DNA of 34,302 nucleotides, from contig MCFE01000804.1 in the NCBI GenBank assembly GCA_002104905.1, forward strand, positions 1 to 34,302. The letters are read 5' to 3'. This DNA comes from Basidiobolus meristosporus CBS 931.73 (Eukaryota; Fungi; Basidiobolomycota). Of this stretch, positions 10,773 to 21,961 are shown in pieces. The position numbers were made by a program, and so were the translations under genes. The notes under the pieces are model-generated. The model was not told the DNA's origin. It ran no database searches and saw only the letters and a list, made by a program, of their open reading frames with translations. Within the stretch, counting starts at the first letter, position 1. Each line of letters opens with the position of its first letter.

Positions 10773-11523
10773 GGTTTGTTTTTATCGGAAGCTAGTGAAG
10801 ACTCTTTACGACTTGTTCTGAAGTCTTCACCGCACCTACCTGTTTGCTTTATACTCCGAGCTGCTGTCACGTACACAATTATTTTTGCAGCACTTAGATA
10901 CGATGCCCTAAAATAACCAACAATGCCCAATAAAAAAGACTACGCACACTATTTTTACGTCGTGAGCCCTTCTCTAATCGATGAAAGCCAGCTCGAGTGG
11001 CCGTAATAGAGGCGCCTTTTCCCAAAGGAGCAATTTGTTAGGTTTAGTAATAATTATCGGATTATTCTCCAGGAAGCATCAATGGTGCAATTCCGCGTCT
11101 ATTTATAAGCGCATCATCATGATGATTCTCCAGGATTTGGAACTCGGTCAGTTGATTGTTGACCTGATGCCATGAATATATCCTCCGAGAGAGCGAGCCG
11201 AAATCTGACCTTAATTACCACGGCCAGACATTGGCTAGAATTACTCGAAGCTTAGAATAGTGCCTTCGGAGGGCTGCGCTATTGGCCGCGCGATCTTAAA
11301 GATAACTTGGCCCTGGTACTCTGTTAAAAATATTCTCCTCCGGTTGGCACATGTAAGGAGCGGACATGTTGCTACGAGACCTATTGGTTGGTATTGATTC
11401 GTCAGAACAATGCTGCAATTCAAAGAATTTTATTGTCAAGTGCCAAAATAGCCAGCAGTAGCTTGGCATTTGTAAAAGTGCGTTACTACATTCAGATCAC
11501 GAGATTCAAGCATACTACGCTTT

Positions 11524-12495
11524 TTATTGGCTTCCAAGGCATTTGGTGTGCTTGGGCCTAGTATGGCATTTTTTGGATTGGGTGGTTGGCAAACATTTGT
11601 TGGCGTGGCTATCTGTTGGGCTAGAGGTGGCTATGGGAGAGCCTTTGGATTCTTGACATGGCTGCGGTGGATCAGTCGCAACATGAGGCGCACCGACCGT
11701 CGCAGAGACGGGTGTCCTCGTGATCGAAGCAGTAACATCTTGGGTAATCGTGACAGTTGGAGGGCTCCATAGAGATCTTGAGCTTTGGATGCCACTGACG
11801 CTACCTGACGAAGGGATGCTGACTGTGAAGGTTACACCCCAAGCCATAGACGATGATTCGATCCGTCGAGTCACAAGGGTTGAGCTAAAGGTCTCTACAA
11901 GGGTGGAGGTAATGTTATACTCCGTCTCAATTACTCCGTTCGCCGTGGTCACCATCCGATCGCCTATTCCAACATCATGGGTAACAGTTGGGCCTGGAAT
12001 GGTTTTTATCACTGAGCGCTCGGCCAACTTCTGCACCACCGTGCCTACAGCAACACCACTATTGATCGGACCCGTGATCGTGTATAGGCTTCCGGGAATC
12101 CCGCTGGTCTCGACTTCCACCGCCACGTAGTAGGCATCTGTTCCCGTGTATATCGAAGGATATAGCGTTCTGCTGATACTCGTAAGCTTTAGAGAGGCAG
12201 AGACGGTGGATTTCGGAATATATCGAGTGAATGTTTTGGGCTCAACAGTCCTAGCAATGGTGTAGCGGTCATCAACAAAAGTCACCGTGTCCCCATATAG
12301 CGTTTCCGAAAAGGTGACAGCATCAATAGTTGCCACTTGGGTGTGGGCAGAGATCACCCCGCTGATATACTCGGTAGCAAGATGCCAAGTAATTGTCTGT
12401 AGTGGATAGGTGTGCGAGACCGTAGTAAGGTTTTGCCCATGCACAGGCAGGGCGGTTCCTAACGTCAAAATAAGAAGATTCTTGAGGCTCAGCAT
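11524..12495 (-). CDS. Secreted Thr/Ser-rich protein, paralog 2 (unknown family)
   Basis: 323-aa intronless ORF with a signal peptide (MLSLKNLLILTLGTALPVHG). It shares ISAHTQxATIDAxTxSET, SLxLTSISRTL, RSVIxTIPGPTVTH, STLVTR and SSGSVSG with paralog 1 and has a KC-containing tail. Confidence 0.85.
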   Translation of the reverse strand: MLSLKNLLILTLGTALPVHGQNLTTVSHTYPLQTITWHLATEYISGVISAHTQVATIDAVTFSETLYGDTVTFVDDRYTIARTVEPKTFTRYIPKSTVSASLKLTSISRTLYPSIYTGTDAYYVAVEVETSGIPGSLYTITGPINSGVAVGTVVQKLAERSVIKTIPGPTVTHDVGIGDRMVTTANGVIETEYNITSTLVETFSSTLVTRRIESSSMAWGVTFTVSIPSSGSVSGIQSSRSLWSPPTVTITQDVTASITRTPVSATVGAPHVATDPPQPCQESKGSPIATSSPTDSHANKCLPTTQSKKCHTRPKHTKCLGSQ

Positions 12496-13412
12496 GGGAT
12501 CACTTGTGGATATCTTGAGTCCCTGCTTACTTTATATGCCAATGCAAGTGCTCGAAGAGCCCTGTCAAGATGTATTTTTACATCCCATTCTATGATTAAT
12601 AAGCAGCATGGATGCACTCGGCGAAGCCCAAAAGACGGACGCCCAATACAGAGATAGTCATGAGTTCCAAGCATCTTGTCGATATGAGATGTAATTTGCT
12701 ATGTTTGGTCGCAATATACACCGCCAATGATCGAAGCGTTGACTACAATTTATTGGAAAAAAGTGATAAATGAGTAATTGCAGATAGCTCTGGCAACTGC
12801 TGGATGTCACCCGTATTTATAAATATACCTTGCATAATGAACCAGCCAGCATGGCAAACAGAGCAACATACTGGCGATAGTACCGAGAAACACAGCGACT
12901 ACGATCGAAACCCTATAGCTGAAGTAGCTGTTCCTGCTTCAGGTTACTAGCAGCCTGATATTTGACCTCTAGCGCCTGAAAAGCCCAGGAACATCGTTTG
13001 GATAACAATCCAGCAGCATGCAGTGTCCTCCAATCTTGATAGCAAAGTCATATCGATCTTGGAGATTGAGGGTGCACCCATCCCTTGTTATATAGCTTTG
13101 GTGAGAAATGGGAAATTTCAACGGCTGATGCTTGCTGTGGCTTTGCTCTTACTGGTCGATCCACACCTAGCCGCACTGATATTCCGCACAACCGGGTACC
13201 TCCGCATCATTTGCAGGTTTGTTTAGAATACCCGCAATGATGTGATTCTCCATTCTTCGACGTTTGCGATTCCAGAACTATCTAGCACAGTACACATCGG
13301 TAATATTGTGGGATCAAAACAAACTAGATTAGCCATGATCTGACTAATCTCCTTATGCAAAATAAATACATCCAAATCGGCCAGCTTTCCCTTACGCTTT
13401 AGTTACCTTACT

Positions 13413-13928
13413 ATGTCTACCATTCAACGTCATTTAGAGATCAAAACTGGTGTAGTTAAAAGGTCAATGTTCATGGGCCGCCGGATTCATAAATTGGTGC
13501 TAATTCTCGTTTTTTATAGAATCTACAAGGAAGGTCTTTACTATATCAAAGAGAAGGACCAGCAACAGGCCAAGATCGACAAGATGGTTGAAAACGGCGA
13601 AGATGAGTATGACATCAAAAAACAGGTGACTTTAGTCCTTTCAGAATAGCTTTTTCACTTGAATGCTAAAATCACCCTTGCACCTTCGATAGCGAGAGGT
13701 TCTTGACGAGACCCTTCGTATGATTCCTGATGGAAAGAAGCGCCTGGCTGCCGCTTACCAAGAATTACAGACCTTAGTGGTACACAGCCCTGAGTTTTAC
13801 CTGATTTGGTGATCATTGTCGCTAACCTCTTTAATTTGTCCTAGCTCCAAAACGCCGAAGAACCTAGCGTCAACGCCACTAAAGAATTCAAGAATGCCTC
13901 TGAATTGCTCAAGGAAATTGAACTGTAA
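13413..13928 (+). CDS. TBCA: Tubulin-specific chaperone A (cofactor A, Rbl2-like), 4 exons
   Basis: Spliced product MSTIQRHLEIKTGVVKRIYKE...EDEYDIKKQREVLDETLRMIPDGKKRLAAAYQEL...LLKEIEL matches the TBCA motifs LxIKTGVVKR and ExxxMIPD. GT-AG introns; stop TAA ends at 13928. Confidence 0.92.
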
Positions 13929-14313
13929 TAAGAACACTGGTATTTACATGATGTACGCACTGTTAGCGATGCTCTGCTCTGCTCAAATAAATAAAGGGAT
14001 AAAGCCCACCATGTATATGTATCATTCGCAATACACGTGGATTTAGGATGGTGCGTGAAATTTTGCATGTATTTATTACAAGACAAGAATAGACCAATGG
14101 AGTTGGCTTCTGGTGCACATCGATAGAGCCTCGTAATTCTATATGCGTGGAAATGATCACTAAGCTTGGGTTTCTATACGGAGCATAGTGCAGTAGATGC
14201 ATCGGTTAGTGAAATGGAGTTTGAAAGCAGAGGGGACTTGGGTTGAATGAAGCAATGAATTGGTATATAGGTGGAGAAGCAACTCGAAATAAACAGACGA
14301 GCCAGGATTGGCT

Positions 14314-15312
14314 TTATGAAACAGAGATCTCCGCGTTCTCCGGTACGAACTCCGATGTCGGCTCCTCCTTAGTTGCGCCGGCTGGTTTGGTGGTCCACTT
14401 GATCAAGATCCCCGCCAAAAGGATCACCGTTGCCGTGCCGAAAGCCGCCACTAGAAAGATTGACGTTAATGAAATCAGGCAGTGGTCAGAGACAGGCAAC
14501 TCATCGTCACATACTCATTCCCTTTCGTGTGGTTTCCCATTTCAATGCCTCGATATCCGTTCGAATATCCGAAAGCTGCAGGGTGTATTTATTGTCGAAC
14601 TCGTGGATTTTCATCTCCATTTTCTTTTGCTCCTGGCGAACCTCGGCCTTACGGTTGTTGAACTCCAAGTGGATATCGCTCTTCAAGCTTCCAACAACCT
14701 CCCGCAGTTTCTGGGAGAGTGCTTCGACATCTCGGCTGATGGAGCTCACCTCCGATTCCAGGATGCTGTGGTCGTTCTTGCGTAGAATCTTGATCTCGGT
14801 ACGCAATTCACTTAAGGTTGCCTTGAACAGGTACAACTCCTAACAAACGGCTCATTACAAAGGCCAACACCGAGATACATAAGAGTTCAACCTACCTTCT
14901 CCATCTCTGATTTAGCAAGCATTTCGGAACGCACCTGAGCGGAGCTAAAGACTCACACATCAGTCATATGAACATACAGGCAGAGTCCAGGTGTAGTATG
15001 TGTCCGCAGTCCTCACCTATCCCGCATCAACACACGTATACAGCGCATGATAGCCACTGCTTGGTTTCTAGGAAATTTTCCATTGGTCTCCAGCTTTGAG
15101 ACCGTTTGGTACGTGTCGAAATTGTGCTTGGTGTTGATGTAGCGGACTACAGAATTCTGCAAACCAATTAGTACCGCAGCCCGCTTGTAGAAGAGAGTCA
15201 GATTTTGCTGTTGCCGTCAGTGGGATACCTTATTTGCGGCTCTCAATCCAGGATGCCTCCACGCCAATGAAGAAAAACATATTGAGGGCCTAAGGACTCT
15301 GGGGCTGAACAT
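14314..15312 (-). CDS. DUF1640 / CCDC90 (MCUR1, Fmp32/Put6-like) mitochondrial coiled-coil protein, about 5 exons
   Basis: Presequence-like N-terminus (MFSPRVLRPS...), head motif HNFDTYQTVSKLETNGKFPRNQAVAIM, coiled coil LSELRTEI...DIRTDIEALKWETTR, and a C-terminal TM segment. Confidence 0.85.
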
Positions 15313-15524
15313 CTTGGGCGAAGTCACAAGGGAAAGAGAATACTCCAGGTGAAAAATGGAGAAGCCGATATTGGGCATTTTGCTATCAGGTAAATGGACA
15401 AGAATATTTAATCAGATCAAGCTAGAGTCACATCGAAATTCTGGTTTAATCACGAGAACATGCATCCGGGATATTTTATACACTCGCGCAAAATTCTTGT
15501 TTAGACTGCATTGTGGGACTCGAA

Positions 15525-16187
15525 CTAAAGATGGTAACCACAATGCTGCTCAAAAGCCCTGAATAGCTGATCAGAATACATAATCTGATAATAGTACAAG
15601 ACTGGCTCCTCTCCGGGATTCTTAACTGTCTTGTAAAAGTCCTCAGTGCAGGGAAGGCATATGTCTTTCCGGAGTTCTTCAGGGGGGACTGAGCGGCTTA
15701 GGCTATTCCCTAAAGCAATACTTGCGCGAATAACTCTAGACAAGCAGTAAACGCCATTATCCTTGCGGCAGGCAACCGTGGCCGCCTTTGCGTTGGACCA
15801 GGAAGAATACACTCTCTGACTATTTGAAGAAGATTGAGAGGCACAACTCTTGGAGATCAACTGCGCTGCCCCGATGGTATCTTGAAAGCATTTCTTGTCA
15901 CAGACCTCGTTTAGCGTTGAGAAGAAAAGTGGAAGCTGGGAGTAGCACTGGTTCAGTGCAGGGTACTTGCTTTCGATTTCCTGTATGACTGCACGACACT
16001 TGGAGTCAGGATTGTAAATGCCATCGGCGAAGTGGCTCTTTGGCTTGCCATAAACGTTAGTGACCTGCTGCAGGATATCGAATGCCTGTTGTCGAAAGGC
16101 ATTCACTAAGGTGAACCCGTCAACTGTTGCTGCCCGAAGGCTTGCACTAAAGAGAAGCAGAACACCTACATTAACGATGGCTTTCAT
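15525..16187 (-). CDS. Secreted cysteine-rich protein (10 Cys), unknown function
   Basis: Likely start MKAIVNVGVLLLFSASLRA at 16187 (signal peptide). Ten Cys including CxxxC, CxKDNGVYC and CLPC; intronless. Confidence 0.75.
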   Translation of the reverse strand: MKAIVNVGVLLLFSASLRAATVDGFTLVNAFRQQAFDILQQVTNVYGKPKSHFADGIYNPDSKCRAVIQEIESKYPALNQCYSQLPLFFSTLNEVCDKKCFQDTIGAAQLISKSCASQSSSNSQRVYSSWSNAKAATVACRKDNGVYCLSRVIRASIALGNSLSRSVPPEELRKDICLPCTEDFYKTVKNPGEEPVLYYYQIMYSDQLFRAFEQHCGYHL

Positions 16188-16620
16188 GGTTAGCCTGGCT
16201 ATGACAAAAGAGGTGGTGGTGATGGGCAATATCACATCGCCCCCTCTGCAATAGTAAGTTATTATAGCCTATGCAGCTCAGGCCATGGTAGATAGGAGTG
16301 CATCAATGTTGAATAGCATCATGCATTGCGATGCAGATACCCGACTCTCGCATGTGGGGTAATTAGTAATTCCGTTCAACCAATACTCCATTTCATCAGT
16401 CCTTGTGGTGTTTGAGTGTTGTCTTCGGGGTGATAACGAAAGATGATTCAGCGCTACGTCATTGGTTGGATCGGAGCTTGGTTTTAAAGAATAGAATTAC
16501 GTTGTCCGTTGAATTACCAATGCGACGCTTGGACCGCAGTCAGGATTAGAAGCATGGGTATCCCAAGAGCATAAAAGTAAGGACTGAGAAAGGAACTCTG
16601 CCTCATTACACTTGTTCATC

Positions 16621-17367
16621 ATGTCAAAGCTCGAAGGGAAAGTAGCACTAGTCACCGGAGCTTCCAGGGGCATTGGGAAGACCATTGCTCTGCGCCTTGC
16701 CAGGGATGGTGCCAAAGTAGTGGTGAACTACGTCAACAGTTCCAAGGCGGCTGAGGATGTCGTGGCTGAAATTAAATCCAACGGTGGGGATGCCATCGCG
16801 CTCCAGGGGGACATCCAGAACGTCTCGGAGATCAGAGCCCTAATCGCCGAATCCTTCAAACATTTCGGTAAAGTCGACATCTTGGTGAATAACGCTGGCA
16901 TAGTCCACTACAAGCTGCTGGAGGAGCACACAGAGGAAACCTACGAGCAGATCTTTGGCACCAACGTACGCGCTACGTACTTCGCCATCCAGGAAGTGGT
17001 CAAGGCAGGCATGTCTAGAGGTGGCCGTATCATCAATCTCTCCAGCACTACCACTGCGATCCAAATGCCCAGATACAGTCTATATGCGGCATCCAAGGCT
17101 GCCGTGGAAAACATCACCAAGCACCTAGCCACCGAGTTGGGGCCAAAGGGAATCAACATCAACGCAGTGTCCCCCGGCCCAACTGATACAGAGCTCTTCA
17201 GAAAGGGCAAGGATGAAGAGACCATTGAAAGGATGAAAAAAATGGCGCCGCTGTATGGATTGGGCACGCCTGGAGATATCGCAGGCGTGGTTGCTTTCTT
17301 GTGCTCTGAGGATGCCAAATGGATCACTGGTCAAAATATCAAGGTCAATGGCGGTCTTGCTAGCTAA
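16621..17367 (+). CDS. Classical short-chain dehydrogenase/reductase (FabG / hydroxynaphthalene-reductase-like, probably NADPH-dependent)
   Basis: TGASRGIG, NNAG, Ser in NLSST, YAASK, VSPGPTDT and WITGQNIKVNGG motifs. Intronless; probable start MSKLEGK at 16621. Confidence 0.93.
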   Translation: MSKLEGKVALVTGASRGIGKTIALRLARDGAKVVVNYVNSSKAAEDVVAEIKSNGGDAIALQGDIQNVSEIRALIAESFKHFGKVDILVNNAGIVHYKLLEEHTEETYEQIFGTNVRATYFAIQEVVKAGMSRGGRIINLSSTTTAIQMPRYSLYAASKAAVENITKHLATELGPKGININAVSPGPTDTELFRKGKDEETIERMKKMAPLYGLGTPGDIAGVVAFLCSEDAKWITGQNIKVNGGLAS

Positions 17368-18105
17368 GCGAAGCTGCCAATCAAACAAAGCAATCAATAA
17401 AAGCGAGATTATGACAACAGTCTCTCACGAAAACCCAAGTTTATTAATGTGCAACAGATCACCCCCACTCCTTGCTCTTGGGAAAAAGCTTGATCTGCCA
17501 GGCCTCCATCACCCACCACCACCCTCGAGTGCTTGGGCAGTTGATGCAACCCGAATCACGAGGTAGATGTCAGCAGGATTAAACCCTTTCTGATGTAGTA
17601 CACAATAAAATCGCAATAGATTGATAGAATCCCAAAACTAGTCGCTAATCTTGGCTAATATCTTCGTGTCCGAAGAAATGTGATGGGATCTCTACAATGC
17701 CATGGAAGCTTCATTGGCAGTGGGCATCTTGTACCACATAACCTTAAAAAGTCATCGGAGAAACGATTAAGCCAATCCTCCATTGCAGTCAATAAAATCA
17801 AGTTGCGACAGTCATAATGGAATTGAAGGGACCCCATATGAATCGTGGCCAGCTACCCCAAAAAGTCGAACACTCAATCTTTTATGATTCATTAACATCA
17901 ATCTGAAATGATGCCATTTTGCGCACGAATTGCTGATCGAGTCATCCAAGCAATAATTAGTAATTGTGGATTCTTTTGGGTCGATGTCGCGATGTTGCAA
18001 TCAATGTCATATCTGAGTCTTACTCGACGGCCCTATAAAACGACGGGATTCTTTCCGCATTTGCTAACTCACAAACGTTAAACTCCCACTGCCCGAAATT
18101 TCACG

Positions 18106-19599
18106 ATGCTGAGAGTTCCTTTGAGCCGTCTCCCAACCTCTCAAGTTCTTCAATCTGCGCGTCGTAGTGCCACTACCATCCCCTCCAACACCTCGTACAA
18201 GGTGGTTGTTATTGGAGGTGGCCCTGGAGGTTTATCCGGTAAGATTCCCGCGGCTTGTTCTCACTTAGATGCTGCCTATCTGACCCAGTAACTTCAGTCT
18301 CCTCCACCCTATCGTCAATCCTTGGTCCCAACAATGTTGCCGTAATCGAGCCCTCCGACGTTCACTACGTGCGTATCTGTATCCCCAGGCTAAATCCGCT
18401 TCCCATCGCTAAATTGACATTATCTAGAATCAACCACTGTGGACTTTCGTCGGTGGCGGTCTCAAGAGCTTCGACCAATCCAGAAAACCTATGGAGGAGG
18501 TCATTGCCAAAGAGGTTGATTGGATCAAGAAATCCGCCGCTGGCTTCGAGCCAAACAGCAACGTAGTCATCTTGGACGACGGCCAAAAGATTAGCTACGA
18601 CTATTTGGTGGTTGCTGCCGGCATCCAAATCAACTGGGACAGTATCAAAGGCTTGAAAGGAGCCCTTGGCAAGGATGGTGTAACCAGCAACTACTCAGCT
18701 GATAGTGTCCAGCGAACCTGGGAATTTGTTAACAACTTCAAAGGGGGTAACGCCATCTTCACTATGCCATCCACTCCTATTAAGGTATGTCTCGAGCCCC
18801 GTAGTACTTGTGAACCCGTCTAATTCCAAGATGTACCCTGCAGTGTGCTGGAGCTCCTCAGAAGATCATGTATCTGGCCGAAGAGCAGTTCAGAGCCAAC
18901 GGAATCCGTGACAAAGCCCAGGTCATCTATAATACTGGCATTGGGAAGATTTTCGGTATCGACAAATACGCCTCCACTCTCTCTCAAATTTGTCAGGAGA
19001 GAGGGATCACCGTCAATACCACCACTGAGCTTACTGAAATCAGACCTGAAAACCGGGAAGCCGTGTTCAAGAAGACTGGCCCCAACGGCTCTGAGGAGCA
19101 AGTCTACAACTATGACTTCCTCCATGTTGCACCACCAATGGGGGCCCCAGACTTCATCAAGAAGTCACCCATAGCCGATAAAGCTGGCTGGGTGGAGGTT
19201 GATCCTGCCACTCTCCAACACACCAGATACTCTAATATCTTCTCTCTTGGCGACTGCTCATCCTGCCCCACCGGGAAGACTGCTGCCGCCGTCGCCTCCG
19301 AGTCCCAAGTCGTAAAGAAAAACCTTCTGTCATTGATGGCTGGCAAGAGCTTGAACGCCAAGTATGACGGATATACCTCCTGCCCTCTAGTTACCGGTAA
19401 GAGCAAGCTCGTGCTTGCTGAGTTCAGCGGCTACACTTCCAAGCCTCTTGAGACCTTCCCTGTTAACCAAGCGGAGGAAAGATCCTCGATGTATTACCTC
19501 ACCGCCCATGCACTTCCCGAGCTGTACTGGTCTGGGTTGTTGAAGGGCACCTGGCATGGACCTGGATTTTTCCGCAACATCTTCAATAACCAACAATAA
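18106..19599 (+). CDS. SQR: Mitochondrial sulfide:quinone oxidoreductase (SQOR/Hmt2-like), 4 exons
   Basis: Transit-peptide-like N-terminus, GGGPGG FAD motif, QPLWTFVGGG, YDYLVVAAGIQ, and both catalytic-Cys motifs PIK|CAGAPQK (split by an intron) and YDGYTSCPLVTG. Confidence 0.95.
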
Positions 19600-20567
19600 T
19601 TCATTAATCAAGCCCTCGCCTCAACTATTTGTAATCATTGATTCCCTTCCATATGAATAATTCTGCACATATTGCTACTAAGTTGGCTTCAAATTAAAAT
19701 CATCAAGATCCTACTTCTGTACAACAATTGAGATTCCCATCACGTGTGACTGGTGCATCCGAGTCATCCACCACAAGCCTCCATGACAAGTGTGTTCGTC
19801 TTCCAGCAACAACAGCGCAAGGCGCTTGAATTAACCTCTGACCTACATCCAAATCGAGCTGTCGGCGAAGCTCCGTCCGAGATCTGTCGACTAAATTGAC
19901 TTTATTCCTTTACGGGTTAGCATCCCAACTGCTGTCGAATTGGTTGTATGTCTGGTTGGCGTACTGGAAAGTCACATTATGAGGCATCTTGAAACCATTC
20001 GAGATATAACAGGCTGAGCTCCATTGGGAAAATGTGTTCCAAGATTCTTCTCTACTGCTTCTGTACAACTCCATGTTGATAGCAAGCTACTACTGACACC
20101 AGTTGTACTGTCAGACTTCAGCTCATGGTGAGGTCCTCGGTAGCCTCATCAAGCAATGATACCCACGGTTGTATCCCATGCGGTCACGTGATCTAACAGC
20201 GCAAATACCACTGTGGCTACGCGGAGCTTAGGCCTCTTGTTTAATACAAGTGCATGGACCTCACAAATCCCATCAGCTGCCACCACAGCATTACTGCTTG
20301 GGTCCACACGGCTCTGGAAAACATGGCCCAGTGTAAAAATACACGCAGCAACTCTAGACTCACCATATATTAGGTACACACTCCGGTCGATTGGCTCAAA
20401 AAACTCAGGGATAAAATTTTTAGAAAAAAGATTTCCTCAGTGGCCAATCAAGTGCCGCTACGATGGACATCGGACCTCGCAATACTATAAATATTTTTTC
20501 CCTATATATCAGTCAGTTCCCCCTTTTTCGCTTGTGATCAGCGTTCTCTATTGTACTAGCGTTTATC

Positions 20568-21061
20568 ATGGTGGTAAGTTGTTTGATATTTGTTGGATGC
20601 GAAACCACCGTCAAGGTATCTCGCGCAGTTGGTCAACGGTACAAACGTACCTTTTCTGTGGTGGATGAACCAAGGAATCCCGCTAAGCCCTTTAGTGCAG
20701 TTTTCTTTGAACCAACCATGGATGGATGGCTATCTTCTGTTGCGGGATATCTGTGGATTCAGCAGTGGCAATTGCCTCGTTGCAGCCAAGACTCACCCGT
20801 TTTCATCTCCAGTTAGCTGTTGACCTTTTGAACCCTTCCGTTGAACACGAGAAGAACACCCACAAGCTTAAGAGATTGGTGCAATCCCCTAACTCTTACT
20901 TCATGGACGTTAAGTGCCCTGGCTGCTTCAACATCACCACCGTCTTCAGTCACGCTCAAACCGTCGTCCTTTGCGGTTCCTGCGCTACTGTTCTCTGCCA
21001 ACCTACCGGTGGTCGTGCTCGTTTGACCGAGGGTTGCTCCTTCCGTAAGAAGGCTAACTAA
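20568..21061 (+). CDS. RPS27: 40S ribosomal protein eS27, 2 exons (intron 20574-20812)
   Basis: MV|LAVDLLNP...[21 protein letters not shown]...[37 protein letters not shown]; 84 aa after splicing. Confidence 0.98.
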
Positions 21062-21961
21062 ATGGATACCAATTCGGCTAACGTTAGCTGATTTTCTCAC
21101 AGTAATAGAGCAACTCGTTTTGATTTCAATTGTATATTCCGAGCTTCAATTCTGATATTTCATGTTAAGTTGAATGGAATGTAATTAAAATTTGGTCAAG
21201 CCTCAAAATTGGTTGCTTCTTGTTCTTGTAATGTGAGTGCCACGTTCTCTAGATCGATTGCAGATGGATGTACACCCAGTGGCCGTTGCTGAGGCGGTCG
21301 CCATCCACTGATTGAGCATCGGGAAATCGAGTTACCACTGATTCGATCCTTTCGATGGGTGCAAAGATTGGCCAGAATGGTGCTCAGGCTAGTAGCCGGA
21401 TTGTTGTGATGACATGAATGTTACTTCATGGGCCATGCTAGGTAATGGTTTTCCGGGTTAGGGATTTACCTTCCACTTGTATATGGCGTTCTTTCTCACA
21501 TCTGAAGGAGCCACTGAGAATACTTGATGCTGACCGCGCCATTGCTCTTGCTATTGGTGGTTGTTTGGGTGGATCCCAGCCAAGTTCTCACGATCATTTT
21601 CACTGTTGAGAAATGGCCGCTAAATAGGCTCTGATCAAGCTAGCAGAATGTTCATGAAGTGCTCGACGGACTGGTAATTGCCATATGCAGACTGGTGTGC
21701 TACATTGACTCTGCCATTTATTTGATGTGAGCCATTACATGCCTCATGTGAACGTGTGAATATATGATCTATCCTGGGGCTATTTTTCGAGGGAAGCGGC
21801 TTGGTATAAACATCCTTGGGGCCTCAGTTATTTCAGTTAGACCTACCAACAGGCCGCGCAAGAACACCCACAGGAATGTAAGTAAAGCCCAAGCAAGCCG
21901 TACCCGCCACCACAGCGCTCTAATCCCACCTAGAGAATTTTGTTAGAACTTGTTTGTAGAT

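Noticed and set aside
9802-12130. Plus-strand ORFs (9802-10254, 11720-12130 and others) opposite the Thr-rich genes
   Set aside because: Antisense shadows of biased Thr/Ser/Val codon usage.
14243-14843. 180-aa and 137-aa plus-strand ORFs
   Set aside because: Antisense to the spliced DUF1640 gene, which explains the region.
19700-20400. Possible small-exon minus-strand gene (ATG followed by gtgagt near 20363) divergent from RPS27
   Set aside because: Every splice path I tried gave only short peptides with no recognisable homology; it needs RNA-seq.
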